DNA from: Candidatus Parcubacteria bacterium
GTDB lineage: Bacteria; Patescibacteriota; Minisyncoccia; Phycocordibacterales; CAIJYI01
Assembly (NCBI GenBank): GCA_026395595.1
Contig: JAPLYL010000005.1
Location: forward strand, 76,853 to 140,852
Direction: 5' to 3'
Length of the DNA stretch: 64,000 nucleotides
In this document: piece by piece, positions 46,801 to 56,101 of the stretch
Layout: each line of letters starts with the position of its first letter
How positions within the stretch are numbered: the stretch's first letter is position 1
Translations under genes and position numbers: made by a program
Notes under the pieces: model-generated
Databases searched by the model: none
What the model saw: the letters and a program-made list of their open reading frames with translations, nothing else
Told to the model about the DNA's origin: nothing

Positions 46801-47358
46801 CTATTCTTTTTCTGCTAAGAGTTTTTTGTACACCTCAAAAGTCGCGCGCGCGTCAGAGAGAGCCGTATGCGCATTTTGATTGGTTATGCCGAAATACTCG
46901 CAGAGAAAACGGAGTGAGAATTTCTCCACTTCCGGTTTATCGTAAAGAACGGCAAAAGCGAGCGAAATCGTGTCTATCCGATGATAATGCATCAGATTTT
47001 TCACTCCGCTTTTCTTAAAAGCCTTATCAATAAAAGCCAGGTCAAAAGCAACATTATGCGCCACAAAAGATGCGCCTCGGACTTTTTCCGAAAACTTTTC
47101 CATGGCTTCTTTGAGAGGAATGGCAGTAGCCCACCGTTCAGGAGTATAGCCGTTTATCATCAACGATTCCGGATCGGCGGTTTCCAAATGCTCGGGCAGA
47201 ATTTTAAATTCAAACTCGTCCAACACTTCAAGCGCGGGGCCTTTCCCTTCTCTCGGAACCTGTCTTGCCAAAATACATCCGATTTCAATCAGTTCGTGTT
47301 TTTCGGGATCCAACCCTGTGGTTTCTACATCAATAAAAGCGAGATTATGCGTTTTCAT
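46801..47358 (-). CDS. DEDDh 3'-5' exonuclease (DnaQ-like)
   Basis: DVETTG, AHN-x-x-FD, H-x-AL-x-DA. Confidence 0.92.
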   Translation of the reverse strand: MKTHNLAFIDVETTGLDPEKHELIEIGCILARQVPREGKGPALEVLDEFEFKILPEHLETADPESLMINGYTPERWATAIPLKEAMEKFSEKVRGASFVAHNVAFDLAFIDKAFKKSGVKNLMHYHRIDTISLAFAVLYDKPEVEKFSLRFLCEYFGITNQNAHTALSDARATFEVYKKLLAEKE

Positions 47359-47364
47359 AAGTAA

Positions 47365-49368
47365 TTATTTTGCTTTTTCAATTATCCTCACCGCCCCGTT
47401 ATCCGCATCCACTTCCACAAGGTCGCCATCATGGAGAACTTGCGTGGCAATTTTGGTGCCGATGATGCAAGGCTTTTTCATTTCGCGAGCGACGATTGAA
47501 GCGTGGCAAGTCACTCCGCCTTCATCGGTCACGAACGCTGCCGCTTTCTGCATTGCTGGTAAAAAGTTCGGTGTAGTCATCGGTGACACAAGTATGTCTC
47601 CTTCCGCGATACGATTCATATCACTTTGTTTTTTCACTATGCGTGCAATTCCGCATACATTTCCTTTGTAGGCAATCTGCCCAGACACTTCGTTCAATCC
47701 TGCCTCTATTTCCATCTGTTCAAAATAATAGTTTGGGTGAAGAGCAACATACTCTTTGATGCTTCCCAAGCAAGCTTCTTTTCCGTCAATTATAAGAAAA
47801 GCCTGCGTACGCTTACGAAGCAGTTCCTCATTGGGAATTGAATTAAATTCTTCGGGCAATACCGCTCCCGCCAATTCTTCGGACACGTTCGCAAAGTGAG
47901 CAATATTTTTTCTGGCAAAAAGATCATTTTCTGCAAAAAAATCTCCTTCGTTTCTTACTCGAACGGAAATTTCTTTCCCTTCTTCCGGACTTCTTTCGTC
48001 TATTCCGGTATAGAAAAAGATTGTTTCAACAAAAGCCAACTGATAGACCAGATCAATATATGAAGTGCGGTCTTCTACGGAAATAAGATATTCTTTTTTA
48101 TGAAGTTCTTTCAGTTTTTTCGACAATTCTTTAAACTCACCATATAGTGTGTTTAAAAATTCCAGGCCCTTTTTGTTTTCTTCAAGAAGCCGATTCAAAA
48201 ACCATTCAATCGCTTTTTTATGCTCCCAAATCTCAACCACTCCGTCGTTTACAAAATGAGCAACAAAGGGAATGTGCGGATTCTTCCACCCGAACTTCGC
48301 GAGGGCCTGTTCGTTCAATCCTTTCGCCCAAAGTCCTTGTACAAAAAGAGAAGTGTCGCGAGAATAAGCTTTTACAAATTCAATCTTTTCATTTATATGA
48401 TGAGACTCATCAAACGAAAGTGTCAGAGTTGTAATCGGTCGGCTCTGTGTGATAAAAAATCTACCGCCCTCATATGCCCATTCAACATCGCACGGGAATC
48501 CGTAGTGTTTTTCTATTTTCAATACCAGCTCAGAGAGTTCAAGAATCTGCATTTCTGTTAGCGCTTGTTCTTTTCCTTTTTCCCCAAGGTCTTTCCATTC
48601 ATTTGCCTGCCCTGAACTTGCCGAATAAGCACGATAAAGCGCTTTTGATTGTTCGCTAATATTGATATCAATGATTCTCCTCGGTTCCTTTTCCACCACA
48701 TAACTATCGGGAGTAATCTGTCCGGAAACAATGGCCTCCCCCAAACCGAAGCCAGCTTCAATGATAAGCTGATTTCGGTCTTCCGTTACCGGGTGCACGG
48801 AAAAAGCGATACCCGAGATTTCGCTTTCCACCATTTTTTGCACCACTACCGCAACGGATATCTTTTGAGAGTGAAGACCTTGTTCAAAACGATAGAAGAT
48901 TGCACGCGGGGTAAAAAGAGAGGCCCAACACCTCTGTACGTTTGAAAGCAGAGTTTCCTCATCGGTATTGAGAAAACTGTCCAACTGTCCCGCCCATGCG
49001 GCACTACTGCTGTCTTCCGCAGTAGCAGAGGAACGAACCGCAACGAATTCAATACCGAGTTTCTGAAATTCATTTGATATTTCTTGCGCGATATCTTCCG
49101 GCATTTTTGCGCCGAGAATAAGCTGCTGAATTTTTTCAGAAGCGTGCTCTACCGTGTGCATTTCCTGATGATTAACAGTATGCAGAATGGAATCAATTTC
49201 CACATCAAGATCGGTTTCTTTGAGAAATTGGTCAAACGATTCCGCAAGAATAACAAAACCGGAAGGAACTGGAACTCCTGATTGTGCCATCTCTCCAAGG
49301 GAGGCGCCTTTGCCTCCGGCGATAGAGGAATCGTTTTTTGATATTTTTTCAAAAGGTTTTGTGTACAT
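47365..49368 (-). CDS. PEP-utilizing dikinase with RPH-like architecture (ATP-grasp, unknown middle domain, C-terminal phospho-His swivel)
   Basis: GGKG, VAVRSSA-x-x-ED, D-x-EW, QSRPIT; C-terminal TDEGG-x-TCHASIVARE; no PEP-binding TIM barrel. Confidence 0.85.
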   Translation of the reverse strand: MYTKPFEKISKNDSSIAGGKGASLGEMAQSGVPVPSGFVILAESFDQFLKETDLDVEIDSILHTVNHQEMHTVEHASEKIQQLILGAKMPEDIAQEISNEFQKLGIEFVAVRSSATAEDSSSAAWAGQLDSFLNTDEETLLSNVQRCWASLFTPRAIFYRFEQGLHSQKISVAVVVQKMVESEISGIAFSVHPVTEDRNQLIIEAGFGLGEAIVSGQITPDSYVVEKEPRRIIDINISEQSKALYRAYSASSGQANEWKDLGEKGKEQALTEMQILELSELVLKIEKHYGFPCDVEWAYEGGRFFITQSRPITTLTLSFDESHHINEKIEFVKAYSRDTSLFVQGLWAKGLNEQALAKFGWKNPHIPFVAHFVNDGVVEIWEHKKAIEWFLNRLLEENKKGLEFLNTLYGEFKELSKKLKELHKKEYLISVEDRTSYIDLVYQLAFVETIFFYTGIDERSPEEGKEISVRVRNEGDFFAENDLFARKNIAHFANVSEELAGAVLPEEFNSIPNEELLRKRTQAFLIIDGKEACLGSIKEYVALHPNYYFEQMEIEAGLNEVSGQIAYKGNVCGIARIVKKQSDMNRIAEGDILVSPMTTPNFLPAMQKAAAFVTDEGGVTCHASIVAREMKKPCIIGTKIATQVLHDGDLVEVDADNGAVRIIEKAK

Positions 49369-49372
49369 GTTT

Positions 49373-50797
49373 TTATTGTATCAAATTTCCCGCTATCTGA
49401 TAAATATCTCCCGCACCCATGATAACCACGGCATGATAGTACGGAAGCATTTTGCGCACTATTTTTTCCGTTTCTTTAAGGGATGTTCCATAAGCGATGT
49501 TGGTATCACGAAGCTTCAATATCTCACTCACTAGTTCTAACGAGTTCACTTTTTTTGCCGTCTCATTTCTGCCCGCAACTTCATAAATTTCAGAAAGAAC
49601 GAGATCATCCGCCGTTTTCAAAACCTCGGCAAATTCTTTCAACAGCTTAGATGTTCGGTCTTTTTGATGCGGTTGAAAAACAAACAGTATTTTTTTGTTC
49701 GGATATAATTCTTTTGCCGCTTGTATGGTCGCGCCAACGCCGGCGGGGTGATGGGCATAATCGGAAATGATAATCGTTTTCCCTAATTTTCCGACCTGTT
49801 CAAATCTTCGCCATGTTCCATGAAATTGCGCCAGCGCTTTTTTCGCGCTCGCAGATTTAGCGCCAAGGGTCAGCGCGCAAGCCAGCGCTTCAAGAGCGTT
49901 CATCACATTAAAAATTCCCGGAACTCCAATCTTAAAATCTCCCAAATCTTCACCTTTCCACCAAACCTGAAACACCTGATTTCCTTTTTCATAACGGATG
50001 TTCGCGGCAAAAGCATCAACGTTCTTTTTCTTCAGAGAGCAGGAAATTCTTTTTGCTTTGGTGTTCTTGGAAACTTCAGCAACATTTTTATCATCGGCGT
50101 TATAGATCAAAAATCCGTCTTTCGGCAATTTCCCGACATATTCTAAAAATGCATTTTTTATGTCATCAATATCTTTGAAATAATCCAGATGTTCCGCTTC
50201 TATGTTCGTAAGAATAACCGCGTTCGGATCAAGCTTCAAAAAATGCCGACGATATTCGCAAGCCTCCGCCACAAAAAGTCCCTGATCCCCATACACAGGA
50301 CTACCCTGTGTACACAGGGTAGTCCTGTGTATTTTTGGCAATCTCAAATTCGCATCCCAACCGGGAACTTTTCCTCCAACAATGACCATCGGGTCTTTCT
50401 TGTCCGCTTCCAAAATTTTCCCCAGCATGGCGGTCGTACTGGTCTTCCCATTCGTTCCAGAAACGCCGACACCATACTTCCCTTTCATTATTTCTCCCAA
50501 CGCTTCAACATATTCAAACATCGGAATTCCTTTTTCTTTCGCCAAGGAAAATTCAGGATTATCCGCAGGTACAGCAGAAGAATACACCACCGCCTCCATC
50601 TTTGCCGGCAAGTTTTTTGCATCATGTCTGATGAAGACTTTAATCCCCCTTTTCCTCAAGTCTTTTGCTTGATCAAAATCCGCCCGATCCGAGCCTGACA
50701 CCTTTGATCCCTGCGCTAAAAAATAGCGGGCAATCGCAGAAACCCCGATTCCACCCAAACCGATGAAGTGGATATTTTTTACCGTAAGAAACTCCAT
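49373..50797 (-). CDS. murC: UDP-N-acetylmuramate--L-alanine ligase
   Basis: G-x-GG-x-G-x-S, GTNGKTSTT, EACE, RRF, DYAHHP, FQPH, GAGDI. Confidence 0.95.
   Translation of the reverse strand: MEFLTVKNIHFIGLGGIGVSAIARYFLAQGSKVSGSDRADFDQAKDLRKRGIKVFIRHDAKNLPAKMEAVVYSSAVPADNPEFSLAKEKGIPMFEYVEALGEIMKGKYGVGVSGTNGKTSTTAMLGKILEADKKDPMVIVGGKVPGWDANLRLPKIHRTTLCTQGSPVYGDQGLFVAEACEYRRHFLKLDPNAVILTNIEAEHLDYFKDIDDIKNAFLEYVGKLPKDGFLIYNADDKNVAEVSKNTKAKRISCSLKKKNVDAFAANIRYEKGNQVFQVWWKGEDLGDFKIGVPGIFNVMNALEALACALTLGAKSASAKKALAQFHGTWRRFEQVGKLGKTIIISDYAHHPAGVGATIQAAKELYPNKKILFVFQPHQKDRTSKLLKEFAEVLKTADDLVLSEIYEVAGRNETAKKVNSLELVSEILKLRDTNIAYGTSLKETEKIVRKMLPYYHAVVIMGAGDIYQIAGNLIQ
50291..50332. repeat. Perfect 42-bp palindrome, in frame within murC
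   Basis: atacacaggactaccctgtgt|acacagggtagtcctgtgtat. Confidence 0.95.
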
Positions 50798-50861
50798 AGT
50801 CTCTCTATCATATCCTTTTTTGGGCGTTTTTCAATAAAGATATATGTGATACAATTTACAA

Positions 50862-52034
50862 ATGGAAACACAACCTACTGCAGAGAAAAAACCGGACTTT
50901 CTTAAAATGTATGAGATTCCCGGCCAAGAAAAAATATCGGAACATTCTTTTGAGCGTTATCTAAAAGACAAAGAGGACTTTCCCAAAGATACGGAGAAAA
51001 TTTCAAAGGAAGTTCCTTTGCTGTATCAAAAACACACCACGAAGTCTTCCTTAGAGAAAGAAGCCTCTCGTGAAAAAACAAAAGACCTTCATGTAGATGA
51101 AATTCCCGACTTCGTAAAAAAAGGTTTGTCGGAAGACGACCCTGAAATGCAGAAAACGGCGATTGAAACCATCGGCGGCGCTCGCAGTAAAATAAGATCA
51201 GCGCTTCTTCAGGAGGCATTTGAGATACGAAACGAGGAAATTCAATTGGCTTGCGTGAAAGCAATAAGCAATATACCAGAAGAGGAGAGGGTCGGTTTTA
51301 TACGAATCGGGCTTTCAAAAGAAAGTTTTCCAGTCAAAAAAGCCTCTGTTAAGATGATTCAGTACTCACCCAAGGAACTCCGTTCAAAACTTATAAAACA
51401 AGGGCTCTTAGGAGAAGATCTTGAACTGCGAAAAGAATACGCCAAAGCAATCCACTCGGCTCCAACGGAAAAAGAAAGGAAAGAATTATTGGATCTGGCA
51501 AAAAAGAAACTCGGAAATGCCCTCATAGAACCGCCTCTTTACGACAATGCAGAAATTTCTTCCGATCGTTTTTCAAGAGAAGAATTTGCAAAAACAGGCT
51601 CCGGAACAACTCTCATCGGAGGAGAGCTGAAAGATAAAGTTATATTTCGACACATTACCCCTGAGGCATTTCTTTCATGGCAAGAAGCCTACGAAAATCA
51701 TGAAGTATGGAAACGCGCGGGTTTTAATTATGTCCCTATTGAACCGATATTTTCCTTTCACCAAAACAAAAACGGGTTGATTGATGTCGCCAGCGGAGTG
51801 CTGGACATTTCTTTCAAAGACTGGAAAAAAATGTCAGGAGACTTTTCAGAGGAACTGGAAAAAGAAGAAATAAAAATAAGAACGGTATTGAATGAATCGG
51901 GAATAATCCACGGACACCCGCATCGAGGAAATTTCTGTCTTCGTTTTTTCCGAAAGGAAAATGGCGATGCAGACTTCTCTAAAAAACCGCGCATCTACCT
52001 GATTGATTTTGACCGCGCCATATCCCCGGAATAA
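50862..52034 (+). CDS. HEAT-like repeat protein with C-terminal kinase-like domain
   Basis: ~31-aa helical repeats (GL-x-x-E...A-x-x-x-I); IIHGHPHRGNF and YLIDFD. Confidence 0.7.
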   Translation: METQPTAEKKPDFLKMYEIPGQEKISEHSFERYLKDKEDFPKDTEKISKEVPLLYQKHTTKSSLEKEASREKTKDLHVDEIPDFVKKGLSEDDPEMQKTAIETIGGARSKIRSALLQEAFEIRNEEIQLACVKAISNIPEEERVGFIRIGLSKESFPVKKASVKMIQYSPKELRSKLIKQGLLGEDLELRKEYAKAIHSAPTEKERKELLDLAKKKLGNALIEPPLYDNAEISSDRFSREEFAKTGSGTTLIGGELKDKVIFRHITPEAFLSWQEAYENHEVWKRAGFNYVPIEPIFSFHQNKNGLIDVASGVLDISFKDWKKMSGDFSEELEKEEIKIRTVLNESGIIHGHPHRGNFCLRFFRKENGDADFSKKPRIYLIDFDRAISPE

Positions 52035-52039
52035 AAATA

Positions 52040-52075
52040 AATCCCCGCAAAAGCATTATATGCTTGCGGGGATTT
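52040..52075. terminator. Bidirectional terminator
   Basis: aatccccgcaa...ttgcggggatt between convergent genes. Confidence 0.75.
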
Positions 52076-52080
52076 TCTTT

Positions 52081-52284
52081 TTATTGATAATGAAGCGTCA
52101 TGAATATAGCCGCTTGTACAGCAATCAATAAAACAATAAAAAGAGAAAGAGCCGTAATAATAGTCCAGTTGAACTTTCCAAAGACCAAAAAACAGATGAG
52201 TAAAGTAAGAAACAAACTAAGCGCTAAAGAAATTCTATCAAGTATATTTTTCAGCATCCGAATCGTCCCTTCACGAAGTTTCAT
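52081..52284 (-). CDS. Small two-TM membrane protein
   Basis: SD GGAGG; 67 aa, hydrophobic. Confidence 0.65.
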   Translation of the reverse strand: MKLREGTIRMLKNILDRISLALSLFLTLLICFLVFGKFNWTIITALSLFIVLLIAVQAAIFMTLHYQ

Positions 52285-52346
52285 AGAACACCTCCATAAA
52301 ATAGAAAAACCTATTACCAGGGTATCAGAATCCCATTTTTTTTCAA

Positions 52347-53342
52347 CTATTTGAGGTATTTTTGTTTATTTCTCACGTGCTCATCAAAAGTCTTCGCGTA
52401 GTGTATCTTCCCCGTTTTATCGGAAAGATAATACAGATAAGATGTCCTGGCTGGTTCAACCGCAGCAAGAATGGCATCCAGCCCCGGGTTGCAAATCGGG
52501 CCCGGAGGAAGTCCTTTATTGGTATAGGTGTTATAGGGCGAATCAGCTTTCAGATCTTCCGTTGTCAGATTATGGGTGGTCTTTCCATTTACGTAATCAA
52601 ATACGGCATCAACCTGCAGAGGCATGCCAAGTTTTATCCTTTTCCATAAAATTCCCGAAACGATACGGCGGTCAGCGGGGGTTATCGTTTCCCTTTCAAT
52701 AATGGAAGCCATTGTTACGACATCTGAGAGCGGATGTCCGAAAGCTTGTATTTTTTGTTCAACCGGCTTTATTTTTGCATCAAAGTTGCTTTTCATTACA
52801 GAAATCACTTCCTCGGGTTTAACGATGAAAAAAAAGAAATAGGTATCGGGAAAGAGGTATCCTTCTTTTTGCTTTGCCAGTGAAAGAAATTTATTTCCTT
52901 CAAAAGAAGGAACCGTCGACACGAGTGCCTTCTGCACATCTTCGGAATCAAATCCCTCCGGGATAAGTATTTTTACTTTACTGATGCGATACTCGCCGGA
53001 AATAATACGGTTTGCAATTGTGTATAAAGATTCTTTTTCGGAGAGCAGATAAAATCCGGAAATGACAGGACTATCGTTTTTTACCACAGCAATATAAGCA
53101 CGCAGAAAAAACGCGGAACGGATAATTCCCCTATTCTCCAACATAAGCGCCGTTTCAGAAAGAGTGGACCCCTTTGGTATCTCAAACATTTTTTCTTTGG
53201 GTATGGAAGAACCGGGAACAAAAATGAAAAAAGAAGAACAAACGCACGCCAAAAAAAGAACAACGGTCAAGGCCCATCCTAACCGCCGCCGAAATAAATT
53301 CCTCTTTTTTATTTCCTCCAATATGTTTTGAAATTCACTCAT
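52347..53342 (-). CDS. mltG: Endolytic transglycosylase MltG
   Basis: IPEG, EGYLFPDTY, ASIIE-x-E, LQ-x-D, SPYNTY, GLPPGPI. Confidence 0.95.
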   Translation of the reverse strand: MSEFQNILEEIKKRNLFRRRLGWALTVVLFLACVCSSFFIFVPGSSIPKEKMFEIPKGSTLSETALMLENRGIIRSAFFLRAYIAVVKNDSPVISGFYLLSEKESLYTIANRIISGEYRISKVKILIPEGFDSEDVQKALVSTVPSFEGNKFLSLAKQKEGYLFPDTYFFFFIVKPEEVISVMKSNFDAKIKPVEQKIQAFGHPLSDVVTMASIIERETITPADRRIVSGILWKRIKLGMPLQVDAVFDYVNGKTTHNLTTEDLKADSPYNTYTNKGLPPGPICNPGLDAILAAVEPARTSYLYYLSDKTGKIHYAKTFDEHVRNKQKYLK

Positions 53343-53345
53343 CTT

Positions 53346-54539
53346 TTACACAGGCAAGTTTGCCGGCGGTTCGGCTTTATGCGAGCTTAACGTAATAAAT
53401 CCTGGGGTTTCTTCCATTCCTCCCGGGAAGTGATAAATGGTGGCCAACTCTTCCGTATTGAGAATAAACGGTTTCTTTTTAAACGGAAGATAGAAATATC
53501 CGCGCGCCTTATACGCGTTGAACATGTGTTTCTTCTGATCTGAAACTTTATTCCACAAAATCCCTTGCCAAGGATAATCAATGCCCGTCGGGTCTTTCAG
53601 TTTAAATCCGTTTAATACGTCAGAACTATAATGCTTCATCATGCCGATAAGTCCGGGTATATTGAGAGGCGTCCACGAGCCTTTCTCTCCGAGATAGACG
53701 ACTCGGATACCACAGTCAAAACCAAATTTTGAAACTTCGCGCTCAATGGCAGAAATGGCTTCCGAATCGGCTTTGCTCATTTTTTCACCGGCCTTGCTTT
53801 GTATCTTTTTTACTAAATTTTTGGCTTCCGCTTTCCAATCCTGTTTTTCAAAAAACTTGCCGGGTTTTCTGAATCGCTTTCCTGTCGCCCGCACTAATAT
53901 CTGGAACCATATCTGTTCTTTCTTTCCGATGGAACCCATGAATTCCACTGCCGGCGACAAAGGATCGGTTCTGCCTCCCGCTTCTTCTTCTTTTTTGATG
54001 GCCGTATCCAGTTTGTAGTCAACGTATGTTTTTATCGGATAAGCGTCTTCTTTGGTCAATTTGAATTCCGTCGCCCACATCTCCCATTCCGAACCAAAAC
54101 CTTTCGGATCTACCATCTCGGTATAATCTTCCGCTTCGTACAACTCTATCCCCGGAAACTGCGAATATAATTGCGCTTCAATAAAATTCTTAAATTGAAC
54201 GCTTGTTCGTATAAAAAAATGAATATCTCCTCCAACAGAAGCAATCTCCAAAGAGAATGTCGATTTGAGTTTCCCTAACCATGTTTTATCATACCAGTTT
54301 CCTTCCGATGTCTGATGCAAAGCAGAAAGCACCAGCTCTATAGAGAGCGGAGTTTTCATGATATTTTTCGGAAGACGAATTCCGATTAATACCCATTTAA
54401 TTTTTGCCAAGTGTTGCATCTGCACGTATTGCATCCAGAGATTCCAGAAAATAATTCCGAAAAAAACCGGCGCCCAATACGGCGCAAAAGATAACGCAAA
54501 ACCAAGTATGGTAAAGATAAGTTCAAAAGGCCCGAACAT
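53346..54539 (-). CDS. Conserved hypothetical membrane protein
   Basis: N-terminal TM; FSLEI...IHFF, PIKTY, ILNTEELATIYHFP; probable start ATG 54539. Confidence 0.75.
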   Translation of the reverse strand: MFGPFELIFTILGFALSFAPYWAPVFFGIIFWNLWMQYVQMQHLAKIKWVLIGIRLPKNIMKTPLSIELVLSALHQTSEGNWYDKTWLGKLKSTFSLEIASVGGDIHFFIRTSVQFKNFIEAQLYSQFPGIELYEAEDYTEMVDPKGFGSEWEMWATEFKLTKEDAYPIKTYVDYKLDTAIKKEEEAGGRTDPLSPAVEFMGSIGKKEQIWFQILVRATGKRFRKPGKFFEKQDWKAEAKNLVKKIQSKAGEKMSKADSEAISAIEREVSKFGFDCGIRVVYLGEKGSWTPLNIPGLIGMMKHYSSDVLNGFKLKDPTGIDYPWQGILWNKVSDQKKHMFNAYKARGYFYLPFKKKPFILNTEELATIYHFPGGMEETPGFITLSSHKAEPPANLPV

Positions 54540-54625
54540 AGTACTTCTATAATACAACAAAGCAAGCGAAGGATAAAGGTAAAAGTGTTTATAAAAAACC
54601 CGGCTCGTAAAGTGCCGGGTTGATC

Positions 54626-55981
54626 TTAAAGAACGGGATATTTCCCAGTAAAACAAGCGTTGCAAAAATGACTGCATTCGGGAAAATTATTTTCCCCGAC
54701 CGCGCGGTGCAAGCCTTCCAAAGAAATGAAGGCGAGAGAATCGGCATTCAGATATTTTCGTATTTCCTCAATGTCCATTTTTGAAGCCAAAAGTTCTTCA
54801 TCGGAGGGCGTATCAATCCCGTAGATGCAATGATGACTGAACGGAGGACTTGCGATACGAAGATGAACTTCTGTAGCGCCGGCTTCCCTTGCCATTTCTA
54901 CGAGCAGACGAAATGTCGTCCCTCTCACAATGGAGTCATCAACAAAAACAACTCTTTTCCCCGAAAGTATCCCCGGATCCGGACAGTACTTCCGACGAGC
55001 TCCGTCTTCGCGAAGAGCTTCGGAGGGCTGTATAAAGGTACGGGCATTATAACTCCGTTTTCTGATAAGACCGCGCTTCAAACGAAGTCCGGAAACTTTA
55101 GCAAACCCTTCTGCTGATGCGACTCCTGACTCGGGAACAGGCGAAACAAAATCAGCCTCAACCGGCGCTTCTTTGGCAAGAATTTTTCCGATGCGATAAC
55201 GGGAAGAAGAAACGAGCAGGTCATCAATTAAACTGTCGGGACGCGCAAAATATATTTGTTCAAAAATACAGTTTGCATGCTTTTCTTTTTTAAAAGGAAA
55301 AGAACTTTCAAGAGAATGAGGAGTAACAACCACCATTTCTCCCGGTTCTATTTCGCGAACAAATTCCGCACCTATTTCATTCCACACACACGTTTCCGAA
55401 GCAAGGAGATAACATCCGTCTTTTTTTGCCAAAGAGAGCGGGCGAAACCCCCGAGGGTCACGAACACCGATAAGCGTTCCGCCTTCAGTAAGAACAACCA
55501 GAGAAAACGAACCCTTCACTTTTTGAAGTGAATCAGCCAAACATTCCCGAAGTGTTTCTTTTTTACTCTGCGATAACAAATGTAAAAATACTTCCGTATC
55601 ACTCGTGGATTGATAAATACTTCCACTCTGCAAATGAAAATCGCGTATTTCTTCCGTGTTTATCAAATTTCCGTTATGGGCGATTCCTATACCACCGAAA
55701 CGAGTTTCCCCAAAAAATGGCTGAGCATTCCGAAGATTGTTCCCTCCGGACGTTCCATAGCGAACATGTCCAATGGCAACCGGTCCTTTAACTCTTGAGA
55801 GCGTTTCGGCTTCAGAACCCACAAAACCGCGAGCGCGATGAGAGTGAAATCTTTCACCATCTTTTCCTTCATACGACAAAACACCCCATGATTCTTGCCC
55901 ACGGTGTTGCAGGGAGGTAAGCCCCGGTATCACCAACTCTACGGCATTTTTTACGCCAAACGCACCAATAATTCCACACAT
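54626..55981 (-). CDS. purF: Amidophosphoribosyltransferase
   Basis: N-terminal MCG, LQHRGQ, GHVRY, HNGN, C-x-FE-x-x-YFARPDS, VDDSIVRGTT, C-x-x-C-F-x-G-x-Y. Confidence 0.95.
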   Translation of the reverse strand: MCGIIGAFGVKNAVELVIPGLTSLQHRGQESWGVLSYEGKDGERFHSHRARGFVGSEAETLSRVKGPVAIGHVRYGTSGGNNLRNAQPFFGETRFGGIGIAHNGNLINTEEIRDFHLQSGSIYQSTSDTEVFLHLLSQSKKETLRECLADSLQKVKGSFSLVVLTEGGTLIGVRDPRGFRPLSLAKKDGCYLLASETCVWNEIGAEFVREIEPGEMVVVTPHSLESSFPFKKEKHANCIFEQIYFARPDSLIDDLLVSSSRYRIGKILAKEAPVEADFVSPVPESGVASAEGFAKVSGLRLKRGLIRKRSYNARTFIQPSEALREDGARRKYCPDPGILSGKRVVFVDDSIVRGTTFRLLVEMAREAGATEVHLRIASPPFSHHCIYGIDTPSDEELLASKMDIEEIRKYLNADSLAFISLEGLHRAVGENNFPECSHFCNACFTGKYPVL

Positions 55982-56066
55982 AGTTTACCTCTTTTTTAAA
56001 TAACAAAACTGTTTTTCAATATAACACAAATAACACAAACAAAAAAACCGAACCTTTCAGTACAGT

Positions 56067-56101
56067 CTTTTTGCTTTTTGCTTTTTTCTTTATTCTTAAT
56101 T
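56067..56101. repeat. Degenerate heptamer array (C plus T-rich 6-mer) x5
   Basis: ctttttg ctttttg ctttttt ctttatt cttaatt. Confidence 0.7.

Noticed and set aside
46299-47018. Long alternative ORFs in the track (46299-47018, 27618-28277, 56071-56655 and similar)
   Set aside because: They are antisense to well-supported genes and have no recognisable motifs or initiation signals.
47365-49368. Annotation as ppsA
   Set aside because: It lacks the C-terminal PEP-binding barrel, and the His domain is terminal.
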